From Eledone cirrhosa (taxonomy: Eukaryota), in NCBI GenBank assembly GCA_964016885.1, contig OZ024750.1, positions 27,714,001 through 27,778,000 on the forward strand: a stretch of DNA of 64,000 nucleotides, in the 5' to 3' direction. A model generated the notes under the pieces. The model searched no databases and had not been told where the DNA came from. It saw only the letters and a list, made by a program, of their open reading frames with translations. Shown in pieces: positions 27,134-40,634 of this stretch. Both the position numbers and the translations under genes were made by a program. Position 1 is the stretch's first letter. Every line of letters begins with the position of its first letter.

Positions 27134-28197
27134 GAGTTTGTGTATTGAACATCAAAAATAAAACAAATGTCGAACATTGGTTCTTAATTAGTTCATTGTT
27201 TTATGATCGTTTCATAGTCACACAATATCCTAGATCTATCTCAGAGAGGAAGGGAGAGAGGGGGCTCAGAGGAAACCATTGAAAGCCAATGAAAGCTAGG
27301 ATGTAATGAAAGAGAAAGGGAGGGGGCGAGGGGTGTAAGAAAGGGAGAGTGAGCAGATAGAGGGAGACAGAGAGATGGAAAGAGAGAGAGAGCGAGAGGA
27401 AAGCATTGAAAGTCACTGAAAGCGAGGATGTAATGAGAGAGAGAGTGAAAGAGGAGGAGAGGGAGGGAGTGAGAGAGGGGGTAGTAAAAGAGGGAGAGAT
27501 GAGCGGAGACAGGGAGAGGGAGAAAAGTTTAGAAGAAACCATTAAAAGCCAATAAAAGCTAGGATGTAATGAGCGAGAGAGAAAGAAAAAGAGAAGGAGG
27601 GAGTGGGTGAGAGAGAGGGGATAGTAAGGGAGTGAGAGATGAGCAGAGAGAGAGGGAGAGAGAGGGAGGGAGGGAGAGGGAGGGAGAGGGTGAGATGAAG
27701 CCATTGAAAGTCAATGAAAGCTAGGATGTCTTTGACATGCCAGGAAATTGTTCTTTACAATATTCCATGGTATGAATGCCAACTTAATCTAGAGTTCTGA
27801 ATGATCTACAAAGATGTTTTTTTTTTAAATATGAAACACTTGTACTTATGTATATTAATGAATCCCGTGTCCCACTGGAAGTTTATTTCTATAGCATATC
27901 TAATCCGACTTTATACAGGAGAACCACATCCTCAACAAACTATACTAAAGGCAGCTTTTGAATCCAGTATGTAATAGAAAGCTTCATTTCAAGAACAATC
28001 TTATCACTCAAAATATGTTTCTACGAGCAAAGTTATTGATCCACAGTTACATTAAATAGATCAATAAGTAATCGATGTCTTGGAAGTTGTCTTCTATTAC
28101 AAAACATACTTTTTATTTTGACGTCAGCTTACATCTAAATATTTCCTACAAATAAAAATTATGTATGTTTGAATGGATGTATGTATATGTGTGTATG

Positions 28198-28229
<32 letters not shown>

Positions 28230-28234
28230 TGTAG

Positions 28235-28643
28235 GGGAGAGATGACCCCTTAGCCTTTGTCAAGGCAGAATTCTAGGAGAAGGAAAACTCTGATATAACA
28301 CCTGCAATCCTGATGGTATCCAATGATGTTGACCTGTTCTTCTTTTTGGTAAATATCATCTTGGTTAAGAGAGTGGGACTGGCTTTGTGCAGTGCCTTTG
28401 CTCACTATAAAAGCTTCACAGCACAGGCATTGCTTTATATCTGGAGATCTCTCTGCACTTGTCATCACATGGTACCATGGGCCCTGCACTATGTGTCAAT
28501 AATGGTCACAAGTGTAGTCTTTGTGCCAGAGTTTTCAAGTCGCTGGCTGGACTAAAGTCACATTCGTTCAGCGCATCGGTAGGGGTTCTCCTACATGGAT
28601 ATAAAGTAGTGGCCGTACTCGAAAACGAGTTGGCAGCCACCAT
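28235..28643 (+). mobile_element. RTE-derived non-autonomous element, subtype A
   Basis: Near-identical to 17388-17798. Confidence 0.8.
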
Positions 28644-28718
28644 GTATGTATGTATGTATGTATGTATGTATATATGTATGTATGTATCTATATTAATGCA
28701 TGTATATGTATGTATTAT

Positions 28719-29337
28719 GTCAGGTCACTCTTGAGTGCTACTGGTAACATGTAACCCAGTACAACCTGTCGCATGGTCGGGTCGTCGGCGACTAAACTGG
28801 CAACCCCACCAAGTTTACTTGGTGAGGAGGGTGATTTTGGACACACTGTGGGACAAAAAACAAAACCTACAAAGGGCGGAAGAACCTATGAGTCAACGGC
28901 CATCCAAAAATGTGTAAATATGTATATACATATGTGTATATGTGTGTATATATGTGTGTATCTACATGTATACATATGTATATATATGCGCGGGGACAGA
29001 AATAATCGGGCTGGCTACCCGATTGCGCGGTTAAACCACTGGGAGTGAAGGACCACCAGCCTTTGTCAGGGCATTCTTCTAGGAGAAGGCAACTCAAGAA
29101 ACTGGAATAACTCCGATATAAAACCTGCAACTCAGTAGTTACCGATGAGGTTGATCTTTTCTTATTTTCGGTTTATAGCTACTGTCGCTCAGAGAGTGGG
29201 ATTGGCTCAGTACACAGTCTTTCCCCACTTTAAAAGAATCTTCACGCACAGGCATTGCACGATGGCATTAATTGATACTTATTAATAACGTTATATCATG
29301 CAATGGCCATACTCGATAACGAGGGAGCAGCCATCAT
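28719..29337 (+). mobile_element. RTE-derived non-autonomous element, subtype B, with an internal microsatellite
   Basis: 5' part homologous to 8039-8232; 3' part homologous to 1730-2071. Confidence 0.75.
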
Positions 29338-29799
29338 ATATATATATATATATTTATTTATTTAAATAACAGATTAAAGTTGAAGCGAAGAATCGGTGCT
29401 TTCACCCTTAACGGGATCTTCTGAAACTAAAATATTTGCTCTACGGTTCTTATATATCTGATATATATTTATCCTTATCCTTATATTTATCCTTATCTTA
29501 TATATCCTTATATTTATCCTTATCTTATATATCTGATATATATTTATCCTTATCCTCTGGATTTTAGTCCCCAAATTTATTATTATTACTATATATATAT
29601 ATATAACTTTAATTATATCTCATAAAATAATACAACTGGTTTTTCCACATTATACATATTGTTAGCACCCCAAACACTTAACTTGGGTTTATATTTTAAT
29701 ATAACCTAATGTTTGTTGAGTGAGATGGTTACCAGTTAGAGTTTAGCTTTAAACTATCTCTGTTATTGTATTAAATATATATATATATATATATATATA

Positions 29800-30146
29800 T
29801 ACGATATTAAACAAATGGAAACTATATTTATAAAACCATATTTATTTCATTATATATATTTCAGGGATACCATATTAAAAATATGGTATATCTTCCTCAG
29901 ACAAAATACAATATATAAACCGTTTTATAAATAAATTTGACATACCTAGAACAGTGCAACTTCCATTTAAAAAGTTGATATTTTTAATATGGTATCCCTG
30001 AAATATATATAATGAAATAAATATGGTTTTATAAATATAGTTTCCATTTGTTTAATATCGTAAACCTACTCCAAAACTGTTGAGTGCTTTTATATCAGTT
30101 ATAAAATATTTACTCGTTGTAACCCTACAATTTTAAATAAAACTTT

Positions 30147-30149
<3 letters not shown>
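29800..30149. mobile_element. Family C fold-back element
   Basis: Homolog of 5885-6331; minus-strand hammerhead at 29843-29908 (CTGAGGA..GAAA TATATA TA). Confidence 0.8.
29843..29908 (-). ncRNA. Type I hammerhead ribozyme (family C)
   Basis: Minus strand reads TATTTTGT CTGAGGA AGAT ATACCATATT ttt AATATGGTAT CCCT GAAA TATATA TA ATGAAATA. Confidence 0.75.
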
Positions 30150-30188
<39 letters not shown>

Positions 30189-30192
<4 letters not shown>

Positions 30193-30678
30193 GATAAATC
30201 TACCAAGAGTTTACGGTAGTGTCCAATCCGTATGAAGAACTCAATGTAATCCGGATATCATGGAAAGAAGAGATGCAATGAAAAATCACTTTCGGTGAAA
30301 GATAAACGGAATACAGAGTCAAGATAAAATATTGAAAAAATAATGAATAAAACAATGAAACAGTTCCTTATATTAAACAAAAAAAGGTTCATTATTTAAC
30401 GATCGTTTCTGGGATATATATGTGTTAGAATTGGCATGTATATTTAACAGATCTATGTACAAAATTATACAAAATTATACAAACTATCAAAATTAAATAT
30501 ACATACCAACTTTGATAGTTTGTATAATTTTGTATAATTTTGTACATAGATCTGTTAAATATACATGCCAATTCTAACACATATATATCCCAGAAACGAT
30601 CGTTAAATAATGAACCTTTTTTTGTTTAATATAAGGAACTGTTTCATTGTTTTATTCATTATTTTTTCAATATTTTAT
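30189..30678. mobile_element. Family D fold-back element with about 168-bp inverted arms
   Basis: Arms 30324-30491 and 30511-30678; hammerhead 3' half GAAA CGATCG TT; the tail on the left matches 12450-12590. Confidence 0.8.
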
Positions 30679-30984
30679 ATATATATATATATATATTTGC
30701 ATATACGTATGTATATATAACCTGGTATAAGTGGCTGAGATTTTTAATGATAAACTTCAACACGGGTTTGCATATGTCTCTATGCTTCTGTGGGGGTATA
30801 TATAACAGCAATGTACAGGTATTCATAAAAAACCTTTCAACTATTTTACCGCTGGTTTGATAATGATTGTCACCTTTACCTGTTTCCATATAATCATACT
30901 CACCTCTGCTTTCGTCTTATTAAGTCAACCGTGTCACGGCGTTTCTGCAATTTGCAATAGTGACTCATGTAGAAAGAAACCATG

Positions 30985-32722
30985 TATGTGTGTGTCTATA
31001 TTTGTGTGTGAATGTAGGAGTATGTGTGTGTATATGTTTGTGTGTGAATATGAGTGTATGTGTGTGTATATGTTTGTGTGAATATGAGTGTATGTGTGTA
31101 TATGTTTGTGTGTATATGTTTGTGTGTATATGTTTGTGTGTATATGTTTGTGTGTATATGTTTGTGTGTATATGTTTGTGTGTAAATATGAGTGCGTGTG
31201 TGTGTGTATATGTTTGTGTGAATATGAGTGTATGTGTGTGTATATGTTTGTGTGTGAATATGCGTCCGTGTGTGTGTGTGTATATGTTTGTGTATAAATA
31301 TGAGTGCGTGTGTGTGTGTATATGTTTGTGTGAATATGAGTGTATGTGTGTATATGTTTGTGTGTATATGTTTGTGTGTAAATATGAGTGCGTGTGTGTG
31401 TGTATATGTTTGTGTGAATATGAGTGTATGTGTGTGTATATGTTTGTGTGTGAATATGCGTCCGTGTGTGTGTGTGTATATGTTTGTGTGAATATGAGTG
31501 TATGTGTGTGTATATGTTTGTGTGTGAATATGAGTGTATGTGTGTGTATATGTTTGTGTGTGAATATGAGTGTATGTGTGTGCGTATGTTTGTGTGTGAA
31601 TATGAGTGTATGTGTGTGAATATGAGTGTATGTGTGTGTATATGTTCGTGTGTGAATGTGAGTGTATGTGTGTGAATGTGAGTGTATGTGTGTGTATATG
31701 TTTGTGTGTGAATAGGAGTGTATGTGTGTGAATATGAGTGTATGTGTGTGTATATGTTTGTGTGTGAATGTGAGTGTATGTATGTGTTTGTGTGGTATTT
31801 TGAATGTGAGCGTATGTGTGTGTATGTGTGCGTGTGATCGTGTGTCTCTCTCTTTATATGTCTTTGTGAATGTGTGTGTATCTGTTTTTGAGTGCGTTTG
31901 TATATGTGTGTGTATTACTGTTTATGTGTTATTGAGTGTGTGAGAGTGTTTGTGTGTATACCTGTTTATGTATTATTGTGAGGGAGTGTGTACCTATTTA
32001 TGTGTTATTGAGTGTGTATGTGTGTGTATATCTATTTATGTGTTATTGAGTGTGTGTGAGTGAGTGTGTATGTGTTATTGTGAGTGTATGTGTTATTGTA
32101 AATGTATGTGAGTGAGTGTATATGTGTGTGTATACCTATTTATGTGTTATTGAGTGTGTGTGAGTGAGTGTGTATGTGTTATTGTGAGTGTATGTGTTAT
32201 TGTAAGTGTATGTGTTATTGTAAGTGTATGTGAGTGAGTGTGTATGTGTGTGTATACCTATTTATGTGTTATTGAGCGTGTGTATGTGTTTGTGTGTATA
32301 CCTGTTTATGTATTATTGTGAGGGAGTGTGTACCTATTTATGTGTTATTGAGTGTGTATGTGTGTGTATACCTATTTATGTGTTATTGAGTGTGTGTGAG
32401 TGAGTGTGTATGTGTTATTGTGAGTGTATGTGTTATTGTAAATGTATGTGAGTGAGTGTATATGTGTGTGTATACCTATTTATGTGTTATTGAGTGTGTG
32501 TGAGTTAGTGTGTATGTGTTATTGTGAGTGTATGTGTTATTGTAAGTGTATGTGTTATTGTAAGTGTATGTGAGTGAGTGTATATGTGTGTGTATACCTA
32601 TTTATGTGTTATTGAGTGTGTGTATGTGAGTGAGTGTGTATGTGTGTGTATACCTATTTATGTGTTATTGAGTGTGTGTATGTGGGTGAGTGTGTATGTG
32701 TGTGTATACCTATTTATGTGTT

Positions 32723-32787
<65 letters not shown>

Positions 32788-32885
32788 GTGTGTGTGTGTG
32801 TGCATCTGTTTATGTATTATTGTGAGTGTGTTTGTATACGTGTTTATGTGTTATTGAGTGTGTGTGAGTGTAAATGTGTATGTGT
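30985..32885. repeat. TG-rich minisatellite complex including a 340-bp higher-order duplication
   Basis: Units such as GTGAATATGAGTGTATGTGTGTGTATATGTTTGT; the block at 31947 is repeated at 32287. Confidence 0.9.
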
Positions 32886-33304
32886 CTGAGTTGTTGAAGT
32901 CTATTTAAAGAGGGCTGCACTACAGCTTACTTGTCACGCCTCTGTTTGTAAAACTATAAAACATAAAAAAAAAGTTAAGTTAAAGCAGAACTTTCAATAT
33001 AATTGTCAGTTGAGGACAATACTTACTCTTCCGAGTGAAACTATCAAAGGAATAGTACCTTTATCATAAACCACTCAAGGATGATGAATCATTTTGAAAC
33101 TATTACTTCTCAGCTATACAGAGCCTACAACAGCCAAAACAAACATTTATACGCAATGAAATGGAAGGCTGATGATGATGATGATTACAATGACGATGAC
33201 GATGATGATGATGGTTATAATACTGCTAATAATGATGAGTATGGCGGTGAAATTCATCCCTAATATTAATTATAACGAGGAGTATGTTATGGTAATTATG
33301 AAGG

Positions 33305-33585
33305 TTATAGGTTTCAAGGTCCAATTTTGACTATCCCACCAGATTGTAAATGCGATTAAATTTGTGAACAAGGCATCTGGGTCGTCCAAGAGCCCGGGGG
33401 TCGAGGTCACAAATGTGATCCTTTTTACAATCTGGAGAGATGGTCAAAATTGGGCCTTGAAACCTTAGGTAGCGCTTTTGTTCCGTGTATGAGCATAAAT
33501 AAATAATATAATATATCAGCTCTCTTACTATATTGAGTACTGTTTCCCTTTTTTCCTTTTTCGCATCAACCGATAGTTCACTACA
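33305..33585 (+). mobile_element. Family H element: long imperfect hairpin, hammerhead 3' half and tail
   Basis: Hairpin 33310-33464, GAAA CCTTAGG TA, tail GCTC..GAGTACT; homolog at 49500-49578. Confidence 0.6.
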
Positions 33586-33665
33586 GATACATACATACAT
33601 ACATACATACATACATACATACATACATACATACATACATACATACATACATACATACATACATA

Positions 33666-34160
33666 CGTGATGGCTGCAAACTCTGCTAAGAGTATTGCAA
33701 TTGCTTGTCAGATTATAGAGTTTGGTGCACTTTTAGGCTACTACCAGTCACACGAACCTGTAAAAGATCCTGAACGTGCAATGCCTGTTCTTTGAAGGTT
33801 TTTTAAGTGGAGGAATACCTTGCGCTCGACCAATCCCACTCTCCGAGCATCGAAAACACTACCCCAAAAGGAGAACTGGTAAACATCATCAGATGCTTCC
33901 GAAACCGCAGGGGTTTTTTTTCAGAGTTTCCCTCTCCTAGAAAAGTGTTGATGAAAGAAAAAGTACTGTTTGGATGGCCTTTTACTCTGCTGAGTTCCTC
34001 CGCCCTTTGCCTGGTCTTGTATTTCATCCCGCAGGGTGTCCAAGTATCACCCTCCTCACCAAGCAAGCTTGGTGGGGTTGCCAGTTTAGTCACCGACGAC
34101 CCGACCATCTGACAGGTTGTACTGGGTTACATGTTACGAGAAGCACTCGCGAGCGACCTA
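33666..34160 (-). mobile_element. RTE-derived non-autonomous element (diverged subtype)
   Basis: Reverse complement is homologous to 28719-28910 and 8250-8450. Confidence 0.7.
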
Positions 34161-34223
34161 ACATACATACCTAAATACATACATACATAAATACATACAT
34201 ATATACATACATACATACATACA

Positions 34224-34254
<31 letters not shown>

Positions 34255-34448
34255 GAAGATCTAAGATATGGTCAATAACTACTGTTATTGACCATATCTT
34301 AGGTCCTTACAGCTCCTTTCCTGCCGCCCCCTGGCCCCTTTCCCCTGTATTCGTGGTTAAACTAAATCTAACTAAATCGTAGATGAAACATGTTAACCAT
34401 TTAACAACATAACAACTGTTGAACACCCTTTTAATTTATCTATTAGGA

Positions 34449-35192
34449 ATTGTTTCTGCTTTTGGCACAAGGCCAGCAATTACCCCAGTGCATTACTGGT
34501 ATTTTATTTTATCGACCCCGTAAAGATAAAAGGCACAATTAACCATGGTGGGATTTGAACTCAGATTGTAAAAGGCCATACCTCTATGTTGCAAAGCATT
34601 AACCCTTTAGCATTTACATTACTCTATATTTACTATTATATTTTCAAGGTAAAGGCTTTACCTCGCATAATTATCTTACATAATATCGAATCTATGAGAT
34701 TTTGATATTTTAATTTTTTTCCGAACAATCCCTTACATCAGTATAAGTGGTCAGTTACAGCTGGTTTGCACAGAAAGAGGAGAGAGAATACTTGCCGGTT
34801 ACGACTCGTTTAAATGCTAAAGGGTTAATAATCGTTTCGACTTTTGGCACAAAGCCAGCAATTACCCAGTGCATTACTGGTACTTTATTTTATCGACCCC
34901 GTAAGGATGAAAAGCAAAGTTAACCTCGGCGGGATTTGAACTCAGAATGGAAAGGACCGTAGCTCTATGCGTCAAAGCATGGCGTCCGACCCTCTACCGA
35001 TACCGCCAATCCAGGGTTAATAACTGGTTCTTCTTTTGGCACAAGGCCAGCAATTACCTAGTGCATTACTGGTACTTTATTTTATCGACCCCGTAAGGAT
35101 GAAAGGCAAAGTTAACCTCGGTGGTATTTGAACTCAGTGCGTAAAGGGACGTAACTGTGCTGCAAAGTATGGCGTCTGACCCTCTACCGATA
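34449..35192 (-). mobile_element. Cluster of three SINE1 copies (34449-34600, 34831-35012, 35022-35192)
   Basis: Core and B-box in each copy; the middle copy is flanked by the TSD AGGGTTAATAA. Confidence 0.85.
34603..34824. mobile_element. piggyBac-type MITE
   Basis: TIR CCCTTTAGCATTTA/TAAATGCTAAAGGG with TTAA on both sides. Confidence 0.85.
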
Positions 35193-35421
35193 ATTTCTGA
35201 CAACACACTAATAAGGATTATTTCATCATATATATAATAGGACGCAAAACTCTGTGTAAGGTTACACTCTATTGGATCATTCTCAATAATTATCTGCTAC
35301 ATATTGTATCGATGAGGGAAGCATGACTTACAAATTATAGCCCTAATGTTACTTGAAATATTAAAGTAATTTCCACAATAGCCACTCCTGTTTTACAGTC
35401 CAGCTACTACTACTATCATTA

Positions 35422-35640
35422 CGGTGGATTGGTAATATTGTTAGAGCGCCGGACAATATGTTTTGTGGCATAGAGTTACAGCCCTTTACGTTCTGATTTC
35501 AAATCCCACCGAGGTTAGCTTAGCCTGTCATCCTTAAGGGGTTGATAAAATAAAGTACCAGTAATGCACTGGTGTCGATTTAATTGACTTTCCCCTCCCC
35601 ACTAAAATTGGTGGCCTTGTGCCTTAATCAGAAACCATTA
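35422..35640 (+). mobile_element. SINE1 (long subtype)
   Basis: Head, core and tail similarity. Confidence 0.85.
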
Positions 35641-35667
35641 TCCTTGTACACACACACACATACATAC

Positions 35668-35727
<60 letters not shown>

Positions 35728-35794
35728 TATTACATCAAGATTGACCATACGGAATGACCAACTCTATCCAGTGGTGAACCTTCAAACCTAAATA

Positions 35795-35831
<37 letters not shown>

Positions 35832-35845
35832 GAAAAATATGGGTG

Positions 35846-35913
<68 letters not shown>

Positions 35914-35914
<1 letters not shown>

Positions 35915-36072
35915 CGAAGGAAATGTGGTAAGGAACCAGGTGGACCATAACGCACCAAAGTACTCAATACTTAGGGTAGTAGAGTGGGTAATAGGAACCA
36001 GTAAGACCCCGACGGCTGACCAGAATTAGCCGTCGAAACGGCTTGAGCTCAGCCGTCGGGGTCTTACTGGTT

Positions 36073-36076
<4 letters not shown>
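35914..36076. mobile_element. Family B fold-back element
   Basis: Tail plus short inverted arm plus GAAACGGCTTGAGCTCAGCCGTC; flanked by TA. Confidence 0.8.
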
Positions 36077-36111
<35 letters not shown>

Positions 36112-36221
36112 CACACCTGTATATCTATATATACAGGTGTGCAACATATAAATTGCATTCCGTAATACTACACTATACAGATGAATGTTTTCGTTCTTAC
36201 GGATGTTTGTTAAATTATTTG

Positions 36222-36280
<59 letters not shown>

Positions 36281-36337
36281 AGCTGAACATAATGTTTTCA
36301 TATACGTACGTTCCAATTACGACAATGTAATTTATAT

Positions 36338-36500
36338 TCGATTAAATCGACCCCAGTGCGTAACTGGTACTTTATTTTATCGACCCGGTAAGGATAAAAC
36401 GCAAAGTTATTCTCGGCCGGATTTGAACTCAGATCATAAAGGGCCGTAACTCAATGCTGCAAAGCTCGTTGTCCGACACTCTACCGATACTGCCAATCGA
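36338..36500 (-). mobile_element. SINE1
   Basis: Core and A/B boxes. Confidence 0.85.
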
Positions 36501-36944
36501 CCTCTCCTACAGTGGTCAAATTAATAAGATGTTTACTTTGCAATGAGGAGGTCCGGAGATCAACCCCACATGTCTCTTTACCGTGGCCTCGAGTTGAGCC
36601 CAGCCTTGTCAGTGATATCGGTTTCGATAGAAACAATGCCAAAGAACATAAGATGGATTTTACCTGTAAATCACGTATGTGTAAACCTTGTTATATATTG
36701 TGATGCTCAATTCAAGGTGGTAATTATGTTAAGGGTACATTCAACTGTGGAATACTCAACCAGTTACAAATTAATTTGTGTGTTAGACATTCAGTTGATC
36801 GACTTACTGAATGTACATCGTAGAGTCTGACGGAGAATCCATCATCATCATTGTCTTTAATATCTGAAAAATTGGCCTCATAAAACCTCGGCTAGTATTT
36901 TGAAGACGTGTATCATTTGTAGTTGAGACTACGGTATGGAGGAG

Positions 36945-37180
36945 TTACCTGAAGGTGAATGAAATATTATCCGAGATAGACCTCTCATAACAACAGCTTC
37001 GACCGTCCTTCTATAGTATTCAAAAGTTGACTGTCGGTGAATGATACTCCACCCGAGATATATCCCACACACAAAAAAAAACAACAACTTAGACCGTCCT
37101 TCTACTGTATTGAAAACTTACCTGAACGTGAATGATAACCTACCCAAAATATACCCCACAACAACAATAGCTTAGATCAA
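36945..37180. repeat. Diverged tandem repeat of about 85-95 bp, 3 copies
   Basis: Recurring GTGAATGA..CCGAGATA..AACAAC..GACCGTCCTTCTA. Confidence 0.6.
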
Positions 37181-38326
37181 GATAAAGACTGATATGGTTG
37201 TTGTTGTTATTGTTGCTGTTGTTTCTGCTCGTGTCTTCGCTGATCTAGATCTAGGATCTAAGGAATTCGAATCAAGACCATATTAGAAAGAGTATTTGGG
37301 ACTACAATACATGCAGTTCCTTTTAATTTGATAGGAAGACGGGATAAGGTCGAGATTTAACTACAATTTCTATTAGGTCGAATAACTACGTAGACGCTCA
37401 GTTTTTGGTTTGAAACATTATATTTATAAAGGATAAATTTATAGATGTTAAGACCTTCGATGGAGGGATGACCCAAGAAGAAGCAAGGAAGGGTAACATA
37501 CTTGATAATAATTGGTGCTTCTGGTTTCGAATACAACCGTGGTAATCTTTGACTTTCATCTTTTCGGGGTCTATAAAATTAAGTTCTTGTTCGGGAGTTC
37601 AGGGTGGTGGACTGGCGGATTTTTAGAATTTCGAACTAGTTGCCTTGCGGTATTATTTCTCGTTACTTACGCTTTGAGTTCAAAATCCCGCTGTGCTCGA
37701 TATTTATGGTTAACATAATCTGTCGCTGGTGTCCTTGACTGTCTTTAGGAGAGTCCAAATCTGTTGCAAGCATTTGAACCAGGTCTCTGGTTTGAGGATA
37801 CTTTCCTCAATCTCTCCAGCCTCTGAGGTCCTGAAAATGTTCAAAGTCACAGCCCTTCTTTCCCTAAATAAACAATAAAAAATAAATCCAGACGATTCCA
37901 ATGTAAAGCAACAGAAATAAGTTACATGAAACCTTTCACTCACTCTCAAAAACCACCGTAATACAACTATCTTCTCGGGGTCCTTGTAACTGTATCGCTT
38001 GTTTGGAAGAAAGGAAAAAGTAAGGAAACAAATAAGGAACCCTCCCAACGCCCTCCCCATCCTCAATAGATCCCCAATGAAAAAAAGTAGTTTTAACTAC
38101 AGCAATGTAATGTTGTGATTTCCGGAGCCAGACAATTTATTCAAGCCGTTGTTTGAGAATAATAATTTGGATGTTTCTATTCAGTAAATTACAAGCCGTT
38201 GTTAAAATATAACTAGCTGCTTCAATGAGCCATAATGAAGATAAAAGGCCGTTAGGTGAGAAACATTTATGATGACTGGTTAATGTGAACACACATATAA
38301 ATAAATACACATAAAAATATAATATA

Positions 38327-38367
<41 letters not shown>

Positions 38368-38475
38368 GAAAGGTATAGAAATTGTTTTAGCGAGAAGCTA
38401 ATAGTAATATATATATATATGTATGTATGTATATAAACTTGCATAAATAGATACACACACAAACACACACTCACG

Positions 38476-38545
<70 letters not shown>

Positions 38546-38690
38546 TATATATATATACACACACACAGACACATATATACACACATATATATACACACAC
38601 ACACACATATATACACATACACACACACATATACACATACACACACACACATATATATATATGGATTTTAGACTTCAAATTTATTATTAT

Positions 38691-38741
<51 letters not shown>

Positions 38742-38762
38742 CACACACACATATATACACAT

Positions 38763-38803
<41 letters not shown>

Positions 38804-39389
38804 CACACACATATATATACATATATATAAAGCCGATGTGTGAACGATATGATTATTGTTTCACACCAACCCTTAGCTGTGTGACAGTAGTTTTTTTTTT
38901 TCTCAGGATACTTGGACTATAAAACCGATAAATATAACCCTCCGTGAAAGGTTTTTGGGGAATTTCTAATGATTGCAATTGTTGTCAATATGAGTGAGAA
39001 TTATAACAATATCCCAATAAAACAATCAAACGCATACACTTTCTCTCTCTCGCACACACACACACACACAACACAGAGAGATATAGAGACACAATTACAC
39101 ACACATATACACACACATTCTCACACTGCACAAACATACACACACAGACATGCCAAAATAGAGACATCTATATCAGCACACAGGTAAACAAACGCAGATT
39201 TACATATGGCTATAAACACAGCCGTTTGTCTGTGTGGTCGCATGCATAGCCGAGTAGTTAAGAAATTCGCATTATGATAACCGTGCTGTAGGTTTGATCC
39301 CACGCTATGGTTCCTTGGGAAAGTATATTTTACTCTATATCTGCTGGGACACCTAAACATTATGAGTATAATTGTTTAGAAATAGGAGA

Positions 39390-39556
39390 GGTCAGACATT
39401 GTAGGAGGTGAGGGCAAGAATATCGAATGTAAAGGTGAGGGATCGAGCCGGATCAGCTGAAAACTGGTGCTTCTGACAGGGCCAGCTGGAAGGAGTGTTT
39501 GCGGACTTTGCCCCGACAACCCTCTCAGGAATAAGTGGGCGAGGAAGAAGAAGAAG
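39390..39556 (+). mobile_element. RTE 3' end with (GAA)n tail
   Basis: Homologous to 24650-24775 and 51640-51765. Confidence 0.65.
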
Positions 39557-39968
39557 TTTGGGGGAGGGGGTGGCAACACAAAACCTAGAGCACACCACCT
39601 TTCATAGTGTTCATATGTCAGATTAGAGATGGGCAATTAATTGTGAGGAAAGGTGTACAGTTGATAAATCTGCTGTACTCGGACCTAGAGAGGGAAGGAC
39701 ATTTTAGGCTTGTCTGAGCCCATCCCTCTCTAGGCCTAAAATGTCCAAGAAACGCCGTATGTCAATACGACCCAATCAGGAGTTACGGAACCATACCATA
39801 CGAACTTTGATAGGTTTCGGTCAGTACTCACCCACGCCGCGTCTAACTTAATAGTACCACCTGGCAAAATCTTTCAGATCATGATTCATATCTTAGTCAT
39901 GTTTTGGAAATCATAGCCCCATAGCCTACTCCAGTACAGGGGGATGTCCTGCTAATATATATATATAT

Positions 39969-40039
<71 letters not shown>

Positions 40040-40105
40040 TAGATATGTATATAGATATATTATACAAAATATGAAACAATCAAATCTTGCTTTAATATAT
40101 TTAAT

Positions 40106-40152
40106 TGCTGACAGTTGTTTCTTCCAGACGAATGTCTGGAATCATCGGAGCA
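40106..40152 (-). ncRNA. Type I hammerhead ribozyme (second core base T changed to C)
   Basis: Minus strand reads TGCT CCGATGA TTCCAGAC attc GTCTGGAA GAAA CAACTG TC AGCA; perfect 8-bp helix II. Confidence 0.7.
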
Positions 40153-40443
40153 TACACAATGTTTAAACAGGTAATTAAAATCCTAGTCTTCAGAACATTG
40201 ATAAAGATACATAACTATTGACAGTGTCAGTGACATCATATAGAAAAGAAGGGTTACAAAAAGATGTTATGTTACAGAAATCACAGTATAAGGAGCAATG
40301 GTGAAAAGTGAAATATTGAGCATATTATATATAAAGATATTCTTTAAGGTAATACATGTGCAAAAGGTAGTACTTAGTACTACCCTCCATATTTATAATT
40401 ATATATAAATCATATATAAGTATAAATATTATTATCATTACTA

Positions 40444-40510
<67 letters not shown>

Positions 40511-40634
40511 TGTGTTTGTGGGTGTGACCCGGGTTCAATCAGGGGTAACCACAATAATTGAGGTACTCATTACAGAGTAGAGTATATACAAAATTTAATA
40601 TAGGGTTTTCATTAGGGCTTCTTTGATGATTTCC

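Noticed and set aside
30897-30952. 41-nt minus-strand micro-exon (AG|..KRRDTVDLIRRKQ..|GTGAGT)
   Set aside because: The donor is good, but the acceptor is weak and no neighbouring exons or homology are recognisable; it cannot be supported without RNA-seq
33310-33464. Pre-miRNA
   Set aside because: The loop is too large, and the sequence belongs to a repeat family with a hammerhead 3' half
35315-35385. Hammerhead-like TCGATGA..GAAA
   Set aside because: The core is non-canonical and the helices are poor
37710-38066. 118-aa minus-strand ORF
   Set aside because: No recognisable motif; probably decayed repeat or chance
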